From: a virus
IMG/VR virus record: IMGVR_UViG_3300029951_000007
Length of the DNA stretch: 64,000 nucleotides
Reading direction: 5' to 3' (one strand)
This document shows positions 26,702 to 33,225 of the stretch, one piece after another. The notes under the pieces are model-generated. The model was given only the letters and a program-made list of their open reading frames with translations. It was not told the origin of the DNA and did no database searches. Each line of letters starts with the position of its first letter. Positions within the stretch are counted from its first letter, which is position 1. The position numbers were made by a program, and so were the translations under genes.

Positions 26702-26949
26702 GTAGGAGAGGCTTCATCGGCCTGTTCGCGGCCTCCACCACGGCGTACTTCCTACCGCCGCTGCGTGGCTGGACGACCGCGCCGTCTGGGCTCGTCTTCC
26801 TGGAAACAAAGCTAGAAGTGCTGAGCGAGCGTTTGTGCATGCCGTTGGGTTACGTATACACGCTGAACAGTCTTACGAGAATGCTTGGAGAATCAGATAC
26901 AGAGCTTAGAAGGAGGCACCATGAAGCAATTGACGGAAGAGCAGATTGA
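26689..26949 (+). CDS. protein with twin-arginine (Tat)-like signal
   Basis: MADLSRRGFIGLFAASTTAYFLPP matches the S-R-R-x-F-L-type Tat motif. It uses an internal ATG of track ORF 26494..26949. Confidence 0.4.
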   Translation: MADLSRRGFIGLFAASTTAYFLPPLRGWTTAPSGLVFLETKLEVLSERLCMPLGYVYTLNSLTRMLGESDTELRRRHHEAIDGRAD

Positions 26950-27337
26950 GGCGGCAGCGAAGGCGGCGTACGAGGTTTGGCATGGCATGGCATACCTGTC
27001 TAAGTGCCCTTGGAGTGAAAACAATGCTGAGTTTAAAGAACGGTGGTACGTGCGGGTTCGGGCCACGGTGCCGTTCCTGCAGCTGCCGTGGGAGGACATC
27101 ACGGAAGTAGAGCGGTCTAACTGGCTGAGCTACCTGCGTAGAAAGGCGGTGTACGATGTAGATTGGGAGGATCTTGGCAGGCTGCTGAACGGATTCATAA
27201 CCGACCGCAACAACAAGCTGCTGCCCAAGAAGCCAAACCCAGTGGTGCGGCAGATCGCGGAGCGGCTGGCAGGGCAGGTGCTGTCGGAGGACGCTGCCAA
27301 GACGCTGCACGAGCTCATCACTGCGAGGACGCGATGA
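26921..27337 (+). CDS. hypothetical protein
   Basis: ATG at 26921 with an AGGAGG RBS. Confidence 0.5.
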   Translation: MKQLTEEQIEAAAKAAYEVWHGMAYLSKCPWSENNAEFKERWYVRVRATVPFLQLPWEDITEVERSNWLSYLRRKAVYDVDWEDLGRLLNGFITDRNNKLLPKKPNPVVRQIAERLAGQVLSEDAAKTLHELITARTR

Positions 27338-27864
27338 GGCCGGCAAGGACGTGGCTGATCACGGACACGCACTTCAACCACGACATGCTGGTGCGCGAGG
27401 GTCATAGACCGGCCGACTTCCAGGAGCGGGTGATTGCCAATTGGCGCAAACTGGTAAGCCTTGAAGACCTTGTATTCCACCTTGGAGACGTCATACTGGG
27501 CAAGAACGGAACGTTGTTCAACATTTTGGTGCATCTGCCTGGCAAGAAGGTGCTTGTGCGAGGCAACCATGACCACGAGTCGAATGGCTGGTACATGCGG
27601 AACGGCTTCCAGTTCGTCGCGCAGGGCATCCTGCATGGCGGAGTCTGGCTGACGCACGCGCCGCAGGTCACGCTGCCCGACGGGGCGGTGCTGAACGTGC
27701 ACGGCCACCTGCACACGCTGGAACTCGAACTACCGAAGCATTGCAAGCTGTTGTCATTGGAGCGCGAGAACTACGCACCGGTCGAATTCAATTCGTTCGT
27801 GGGATTCAGTCCCATGACGCGCAAGCTGCTGGGAACCACGGACGAAGAAGGAGATACCGATTGA
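27334..27864 (+). CDS. calcineurin-like metallophosphoesterase
   Basis: ITDTHFNHD, HLGDV, VRGNHDHE and VHGHLH motifs. ATGA overlap. Confidence 0.7.
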   Translation: MRPARTWLITDTHFNHDMLVREGHRPADFQERVIANWRKLVSLEDLVFHLGDVILGKNGTLFNILVHLPGKKVLVRGNHDHESNGWYMRNGFQFVAQGILHGGVWLTHAPQVTLPDGAVLNVHGHLHTLELELPKHCKLLSLERENYAPVEFNSFVGFSPMTRKLLGTTDEEGDTD

Positions 27865-28037
27865 TGGACTTCTTGTTCGACCATCCGATCGTCGTGTTGA
27901 CGGCGTTCATCTTCAGCCTGCTGACGGTGGCCAACATCTGGAGCAATTTCTGCGACTTGATGGTGAAGCTGCGCTGGGAAGGAGCCGCCAATGCCAAGCT
28001 CGACAAGAAAGACGACGACCAAGCCGGTACTGCCTAA
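27864..28037 (+). CDS. small membrane protein
   Basis: MDFLFDHPIVVLTAFIFSLLTVANIW reads as a TM segment. Confidence 0.4.
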   Translation: MDFLFDHPIVVLTAFIFSLLTVANIWSNFCDLMVKLRWEGAANAKLDKKDDDQAGTA

Positions 28038-28152
28038 GCTTCCGAGCGTCTGCACCGCGTGCTCGGGCACCGGCGTGGTCACCTGCGCCCAGTTCGAGCA
28101 GATCGTCAAGAAGCACTGCCTGTTCTGCGGCGGGAAGGGTACGAGGTTATGA
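27991..28152 (+). CDS. 53-aa DnaJ-type zinc-finger mini-protein
   Basis: Own translation carries CTACSGTG and CLFCGGKG, which are CxxCxGxG repeats. It overlaps the 3' end of 27864..28037 in another frame, so one of the two calls may be wrong. Confidence 0.3.
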   Translation: MPSSTRKTTTKPVLPKLPSVCTACSGTGVVTCAQFEQIVKKHCLFCGGKGTRL

Positions 28153-28319
28153 GTGACGTGTTAAAGGAGCTTGTGCCGGAGGAGCGCGTGTTGGAGCTGA
28201 TTGAGGCTTCGGAAGCGTACCCCGGTTATACCAAAGTGATAGACGCCAGCGCCGCTTACAATGACGTGGCCATGCTTCTACACGAACTGCTAGAGCGACG
28301 TAAGGAGGCCGTAAAATGA
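28149..28319 (+). CDS. hypothetical protein
   Basis: ATG at 28149 (MSDVLKEL...). Confidence 0.45.
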   Translation: MSDVLKELVPEERVLELIEASEAYPGYTKVIDASAAYNDVAMLLHELLERRKEAVK

Positions 28320-28501
28320 GGATCGAGGCCGTCGAAGAGGCGAAGGTCGCCGCGAGAAGGTTTCTCACACTCGCAGACATGTTAACTTACAGAACAGGCG
28401 GCGACGCAAACTGGGTGGATTCATCGCCGAAGCTCACCGGAGCGCTGCGGCGCGCGTCCATGGACCTTACGCGAGCGCTGGCGGAAATGAGGAAACTGTG
28501 A
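28316..28501 (+). CDS. hypothetical protein
   Basis: Track ORF with an ATGA overlap. Confidence 0.45.
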   Translation: MRIEAVEEAKVAARRFLTLADMLTYRTGGDANWVDSSPKLTGALRRASMDLTRALAEMRKL

Positions 28502-28503
28502 TT

Positions 28504-28623
28504 ATGCCTCTGGTCGTAGTCGTTGTCGCGCTGGCGGCGGTTGGCGTATTTGCCGTCGTGGCGTTCGTAATGTTGCTGTTCGCGGTCTTGATCGCGTCGA
28601 AGTGGGCTGGGTGGGATGATTGA
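28504..28623 (+). CDS. 39-aa single-TM peptide
   Basis: MPLVVVVVALAAVGVFAVVAFVMLLFAVLIASKWAGWDD. Confidence 0.35.
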   Translation: MPLVVVVVALAAVGVFAVVAFVMLLFAVLIASKWAGWDD

Positions 28624-28647
28624 CCCTGGAAGCGCCTAGCTTATAAT
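28620..28647 (+). promoter_or_regulatory. sigma70-like promoter (TTGACC-16 nt-TATAAT)
   Basis: TTGACC at 28620-28625 and TATAAT at 28642-28647. The RBS and ATG at 28679 lie downstream. Confidence 0.5.
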
Positions 28648-28678
28648 TAATTCACTAAGCAACCAGACAAGGAGAACC

Positions 28679-28855
28679 ATGAAGAACATTCAGTACATCG
28701 AGCGCGCAGAAAGCACCAATCGCACTTGTGCAGTCTGTACCTCGTCAGCCATTCGCTTCGGTTACACGCAAAGTAAAGCCAGTAAGAAGCCTAACCCTTC
28801 CGCTCGTACGCCACTTTGTCTGGCACACGCTGTCACTGGACCCGTAGCGGTCTAG
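28679..28855 (+). CDS. hypothetical 58-aa protein
   Basis: Own translation MKNIQYIERAESTNRTCAVCTSS... with an AGGAGA RBS. Confidence 0.4.
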   Translation: MKNIQYIERAESTNRTCAVCTSSAIRFGYTQSKASKKPNPSARTPLCLAHAVTGPVAV

Positions 28856-28877
28856 CCACCAAGCAAGGAGCAGCGGT

Positions 28878-29021
28878 ATGAGAAACGAGCTGTATGAGCC
28901 GTACAAGATCGGCGCGGATTGGTACTTCGACTGCAGGGCCGGAAGGCGCGGACCGTTCGTGTCGGAGCAGCGTTGCGTAGAAGCGGCAGCGAGCAGGCAG
29001 GAAGCGGAGGAGATGGCGTGA
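28878..29021 (+). CDS. hypothetical 47-aa protein
   Basis: MRNELYEPYKIGADWYFDCRAGRRGPFVSEQ... with an AAGGAG RBS. Confidence 0.4.
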   Translation: MRNELYEPYKIGADWYFDCRAGRRGPFVSEQRCVEAAASRQEAEEMA

Positions 29022-29479
29022 CTATCCCAGAGTATTGCGCCGAGGAGGTGTGGCGACAGGGGCACAACCTCGGCGAACTGGACGGCGTGGAGCGCGTCGG
29101 CTGGATGCTGGACGCCTGGAGCTACATGATATACACCGGGCGGCACGCTAGGACGCTGCTGACGGAGGACGTCGTCGCGCTGGGCACACGCGTCGAGCGC
29201 TACAAGAACCGTCGCGGGCTGAGGACGTGCGAGGTGCGGGTGGGAAACTCCATTCCGCCGCGCGCCGTGGACGTTCCGAACCTGCTCGCGGACCTGCTGG
29301 CGCGGCAAGCGGAGCTCGCCCCGCTCGACTTCTACCGCCAGTTCGAGCTCATCCACCCGTTCGAGGACGGCAACGGGCGCGTGGGCAAGGTGCTGCTGAA
29401 CTGGAAGAACGGCACTTTGCTTAACGATCCCATATTCCCTCCGGGCGACTTCTGGGGGACGACGATCTTGAATCCGTAG
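29018..29479 (+). CDS. Fic/DOC-family protein
   Basis: HPFEDGNGRVGK matches the Fic core HxFx(D/E)GNGRxxR, with the last R replaced by K. GTG start in a GTGA overlap. Confidence 0.7.
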   Translation: MTIPEYCAEEVWRQGHNLGELDGVERVGWMLDAWSYMIYTGRHARTLLTEDVVALGTRVERYKNRRGLRTCEVRVGNSIPPRAVDVPNLLADLLARQAELAPLDFYRQFELIHPFEDGNGRVGKVLLNWKNGTLLNDPIFPPGDFWGTTILNP

Positions 29480-29536
29480 CACCAGGAACCAAGGTGCTTG
29501 TCCATCACGCAGGTCAAACCAAGTCAAGGAGACACA

Positions 29537-29857
29537 ATGAATTTGAAGCACGCAGTACTCGCAGCAATGCTCGTAGCGCCGGTAGCATTCGCCCAAGCGG
29601 TAAAGCAGCCTAACGAACTGCAGAGCAGCAAGATTCAGCTCGCCATCAAGGACTATCAGCTGGCGCAGAAAGACCAGCAGATGCTGAAACAAGCTGAGGC
29701 GTACAGCGCCAAGGCACTGCAGTCAGCGGGACAAAACGTGGAGGCTACCGTGGCCAAGGTGAAAAAGGAACTCGGCTTACCCGATGACTACACATTCAAC
29801 TACCAGACTCTGCAGTACAAGAAGCCAGCCGCACCACCGGCACCGGTCAAGAAGTAA
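29537..29857 (+). CDS. secreted protein (Sec signal peptide)
   Basis: MNLKHAVLAAMLVAPVAFAQA, with an AAGGAG RBS. Confidence 0.55.
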   Translation: MNLKHAVLAAMLVAPVAFAQAVKQPNELQSSKIQLAIKDYQLAQKDQQMLKQAEAYSAKALQSAGQNVEATVAKVKKELGLPDDYTFNYQTLQYKKPAAPPAPVKK

Positions 29858-29901
29858 TGCAACCGAGAACGGCTAATCACAGCATCAACCTGGCGCGCAA
29901 G

Positions 29902-29947
29902 CCCAATCGGAACGTGCACCATCCGGTTATAGCGGATACCGATTGGG
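29902..29947 (+). repeat. 9-bp inverted repeat in 188-nt intergenic spacer
   Basis: CCCAATCGG (29902-29910) and CCGATTGGG (29939-29947). Confidence 0.6.
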
Positions 29948-30045
29948 GTCAGCGCGGCATGCGCGAAGGGCACTTGCGGAAGGTGCCATTCGCTGAAGTG
30001 CGCACATCCGTGCCATAAAGCCCTGCGAGGGGAAAGGAACAAGAT

Positions 30046-30528
30046 ATGAGAAACGCACTGCTCGTAATCGCATTACTGCTTGCCGCTTCGCTGGGAGCCT
30101 CAGCGCAGACCGCCACCGTGGCGCAGCTAACACCAGCAGAGGCCGCACAAGCCAAGGCGCTGCATGAAGCCAAGCTCGACCTGGAGAAGCGGCAGGGCGA
30201 ATTCGACGCCGCCATTCTGGATAAGTACAGCAGTATGCACGAAGCCGCGCAGTCCACGCACCCAGGACGCAGAATTCAATTATATGCATGGACGTACGGA
30301 TTTGAGTACAGCAGCGACTTCAAGTTCATTGTGTCGAAGTCAGCGCCGTGCTACGGCTCATCATGCGGCGCTACACTGCCTTGCGGCAGTTGGGTGACGT
30401 CGACTCCTGCCATTGTGCTTGACAGTGTTAAGCCAACCAACTGTATCAGCCTGAATGGAGGCCCTATGAACTGCGGTAGCAGCAGCGCTCCAACTTCGAT
30501 AGGTAGTACTACGCCTTCAACCCACTAA
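30046..30528 (+). CDS. secreted Cys/Ser-rich protein (Sec signal peptide)
   Basis: MRNALLVIALLLAASLGASAQ. Confidence 0.55.
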   Translation: MRNALLVIALLLAASLGASAQTATVAQLTPAEAAQAKALHEAKLDLEKRQGEFDAAILDKYSSMHEAAQSTHPGRRIQLYAWTYGFEYSSDFKFIVSKSAPCYGSSCGATLPCGSWVTSTPAIVLDSVKPTNCISLNGGPMNCGSSSAPTSIGSTTPSTH

Positions 30529-30557
30529 AGCAGCGACAGTACAAAGGAGAAATCACA

Positions 30558-31256
30558 ATGAAGCTAAGCGAAGCGATGATGTTGGGCAGCACGACGGTGA
30601 AGATGGTGGCGGGAGACTGGAACAGCTGCGTGCTGGGCGCGGCGTGCAATGCCATGGGAGTGGCGAAGCACAAAAGTTTGTACGAGACGATGATGGAATC
30701 AGGGTTCACTCTCGCCGACATGAAGATGGTGGATGGGAAGCCAGAAATCACGTTTAAGGGCTGCAAGGAACGCGAGGAGACCGTGAACCGCCGTCTCAAG
30801 GTGGTCGAACTTTGGCCGTGGCTCGCGCAGTGGATGAAGGCGTCGGAGGCTCCCGACTGGTTCCAGCAATGGTCGGTCAATATGAATATGGTTATCTCTC
30901 CAGTTACTACGGTGAAGGTCAGTACGATCATCGTAACGGCATTCGACTTCTTCATCTGCGAAGGAAAGATGACCCTGGAGCAGCTCGTGGATTGGGTGGC
31001 GTCGGTCGAGCCGTCCTGCGGCGAGTGCTGCGAGTACGAGTGCAAGTGCGGCAAGACGGAACTACTCGCCGTTGAGGACGAAGTGGCAATGCTGGAGCGC
31101 ATGGCGTCATTGGGCGCGCCGCTGGATCTGGATGACGATGAGGAAGACGATGAGGACGATGAGGAAGACGATGAGGACGATGAGGAAGACGATGAGGACG
31201 ATGAGGAAGACGAACTCGGCAGTGTGAAGCAGCGGAAGGGACGCATTCATGCCTAG
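30558..31256 (+). CDS. C(V/C)LGxAC-motif family protein (paralog 3) with polyacidic C-terminal tail
   Basis: WNSCVLGAACNAMGV resembles the motif in the 19562 and 20530 paralogs. The C-terminus reads DDDEEDDEDDEEDDEDDEEDDEDDEEDE. Confidence 0.6.
   Translation: MKLSEAMMLGSTTVKMVAGDWNSCVLGAACNAMGVAKHKSLYETMMESGFTLADMKMVDGKPEITFKGCKEREETVNRRLKVVELWPWLAQWMKASEAPDWFQQWSVNMNMVISPVTTVKVSTIIVTAFDFFICEGKMTLEQLVDWVASVEPSCGECCEYECKCGKTELLAVEDEVAMLERMASLGAPLDLDDDEEDDEDDEEDDEDDEEDDEDDEEDELGSVKQRKGRIHA
31137..31212 (+). repeat. 21-nt tandem repeat x3.6 (GATGAGGAAGACGATGAGGAC)
   Basis: Three perfect units plus a 13-nt partial unit, encoding a DEEDDED repeat. Confidence 0.95.
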
Positions 31257-31458
31257 ACGACCGCAGGAGCAGTACGTCGACATCGTCGTAGCCGCGTTGT
31301 CGGCGGCCTACGGTCCTAGGTACGAGGGCGGTTTCGCGCCGGTCACCGCCGCAATGGAGCGCTGGGCCTGCCAGAAGTGCGGCTCCGTGGTGGTCGACAA
31401 GGAGTCGCACGGGAGGTGGCATCGTGAGATGGCCGTGGTTTCATCAACGACTTACTAG
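31249..31458 (+). CDS. hypothetical protein
   Basis: Track ORF with a CQKCG motif. Confidence 0.45.
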   Translation: MPRRPQEQYVDIVVAALSAAYGPRYEGGFAPVTAAMERWACQKCGSVVVDKESHGRWHREMAVVSSTTY

Positions 31459-32356
31459 GAAAGACGATTGGGTTGAGCGGCAGAAGAGGCCGCCATGGAA
31501 CGTAGCAAGACCGTACTTCAAACCGCCGGTAACCGTTACGCGACCAAGCGCGACGCAGCAACTGCGGGAGCTTATCGACTGGCATCAACGAATGGAAAGG
31601 GAGAAACAGATGGCGAAGTTCAAGATCGGCGATCGAGTGAAGACCAGGAGCGGAATCATCGGTCACGTGGTAAATGAGGGTTCGCCGCAGTACCGCGTGC
31701 GAGCAGCGTACGGCGAATATTATTGGTGCGCTTCTGAGTTCATGGAACCCTGGCAGGAGATCAAGGTCGGGCAGAGGGTGCGTATTACTAGTGTGCCGCA
31801 CGGCAGTGTCGCTTCTGAGTACATTGGCTACGTCGGAACGGTACACCAGCCGGAGTTCAACGGGATATTTGCGGTCCGGCTAGGCGAAGGAACTTTGCTC
31901 TACTGCGCCCGTTCCATGGTGCAGTTCCTGGAACCGTTGTTGGATCCGGACTACTCGTTCATGTATCTTGGTTGCGACAAGGCGAAGAAGCCGCTGCTGG
32001 ATCAAACGTTCATCACCACTAGCTATCAAAGCTCGGATGCGCGCTGCATCGGACAAGAACTGTACGATGTGACGCTGAAAGGTGTAGTTAAACTGCCGGG
32101 AAATTGCTTCAGCTCTGAGCTGAAGCTGACGCTGGATAAGGTGGGCGCACTCGCCGATCCGGCGAAGAAGTTCCGCGTCACCGTGACGGAGGTCGAGGAG
32201 CCAACACCGCTGCCGTGCCCTTGTTGCGGTACCAGCAATTACGTGTGCAGCCGAGATTTTCCAACCAGCATCTACTGCGTAACTTGCAGCCTGTCGATCA
32301 CCGGCAAGACGTTCGCCGAGTGCGCGGCGAAGTGGAACCGGAGGTGCGGCAAATGA
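31424..32356 (+). CDS. tandem SH3/KOW-like repeats + C-terminal Lar-like (restriction alleviation) zinc ribbon
   Basis: KIGDRVKTRSG and KVGQRVRITS repeats. The C-terminus CPCCGTSNYV...IYCVTCSLSITGKTFAECAAKWNRRC matches my memory of the Lar family. An alternative start lies at 31610 with a GGGAG RBS. Confidence 0.5.
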   Translation: MRWPWFHQRLTRKDDWVERQKRPPWNVARPYFKPPVTVTRPSATQQLRELIDWHQRMEREKQMAKFKIGDRVKTRSGIIGHVVNEGSPQYRVRAAYGEYYWCASEFMEPWQEIKVGQRVRITSVPHGSVASEYIGYVGTVHQPEFNGIFAVRLGEGTLLYCARSMVQFLEPLLDPDYSFMYLGCDKAKKPLLDQTFITTSYQSSDARCIGQELYDVTLKGVVKLPGNCFSSELKLTLDKVGALADPAKKFRVTVTEVEEPTPLPCPCCGTSNYVCSRDFPTSIYCVTCSLSITGKTFAECAAKWNRRCGK

Positions 32357-32559
32357 GGGGTGCCATTATATGCGACTTCCACCCGGCGGCCGAGGAGCCG
32401 CCGCTTACGCGCAAGATATACGGCTCCGCGTACAGTCCTGACTGCCTGTTGAAGCTGGAAGGCGGCGGTTGGGCTGTCGGCATGTACATCAAAGGCGAAG
32501 GCTGGGAAAGTGACGAAGGCTACACCTACAATGTGAAGGAATGGGCCCTGCTGCCATGA
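32353..32559 (+). CDS. hypothetical protein
   Basis: ATGA overlap; MRGAIICDFHP.... Confidence 0.45.
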   Translation: MRGAIICDFHPAAEEPPLTRKIYGSAYSPDCLLKLEGGGWAVGMYIKGEGWESDEGYTYNVKEWALLP

Positions 32560-32756
32560 TAGAAGACGTTTGGCGCGACACGCCCGAACTGTACGAACGA
32601 GTGCGGGACACCGAACCGAAGACATGCTGTATTTGCGGAGCGAGGCCGGCGCTGCGCAAGGTGGCTAAGAAGGGCTACTGCAGGGACCACTACGCCAACG
32701 CCGTCAGCGCGGCGTCCGGCGCTCCACTGGTGCTGAAGGAGGAGGAACTGCTGTGA
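32556..32756 (+). CDS. hypothetical protein
   Basis: ATGA overlap; MIEDVWRDTPELYE.... Confidence 0.45.
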   Translation: MIEDVWRDTPELYERVRDTEPKTCCICGARPALRKVAKKGYCRDHYANAVSAASGAPLVLKEEELL

Positions 32757-32817
32757 GCTATGTCGTGGTATTTGTCCTGCTGATGCTGGCGGCCTGCTAT
32801 CTGGGAGCGCGGCGCAG

Positions 32818-33138
32818 ATGAGGCTGCAGAGGCGCCTGGAGCAGGTGTACGATGAGGTCAACCGCGGCCACTACGGGGGCAGGCTGCCGGAGGACCTGGA
32901 GATAAGGATCTACAAGATGAGGCTGGCCGGGCGCTGGGTGCTGCACATGGATGATACCCACGCCATATGGGTGTCGGACGACCTGCCGGAGTTCGCCGCC
33001 TGCATCACGCTGGTGCACGAGGTGGTACACGTGCGCTGCCACCAGATGGGCTGGACGGACCATGAGACACACGGGCCGAGTTTCTTGAAGGAAAGGAAGC
33101 GCCTCCGCGACCGCGGGGTGTTTGATAGGTGGCTGTGA
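32818..33138 (+). CDS. SprT-like zinc metalloprotease domain protein
   Basis: HEVVH (HExxH) in an SprT-like context: FGGRL-type N-terminus and ITLVHEVVHVRCH. Confidence 0.6.
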   Translation: MRLQRRLEQVYDEVNRGHYGGRLPEDLEIRIYKMRLAGRWVLHMDDTHAIWVSDDLPEFAACITLVHEVVHVRCHQMGWTDHETHGPSFLKERKRLRDRGVFDRWL

Positions 33139-33181
33139 TGGTCGTAGCTGGGCTGGCAGGTTACGGCAGCTTGACTGGCGT

Positions 33182-33187
33182 TATAAT
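33182..33187 (+). promoter_or_regulatory. TATAAT box, recurrent motif
   Basis: GGCGTTATAATTAGGC, ~40 nt before the ATG at 33226. Confidence 0.4.
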
Positions 33188-33225
33188 TAGGCAACGCAGT
33201 AAGAAGAACCCTCAGGAGAAATGAA

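Noticed and set aside
30509-31246. 245-aa minus-strand ORF with a long poly-Ser run.
   Set aside because: The poly-Ser run is simply the reverse complement reading of the GAT/GAG/GAA/GAC acidic tandem repeat. The plus-strand gene has an RBS and a family motif.
32753-32821. 22-aa hydrophobic mini-ORF (MSYVVVFVLLMLAACYLGARRR) with a GTG start.
   Set aside because: It is too short to support without expression data.
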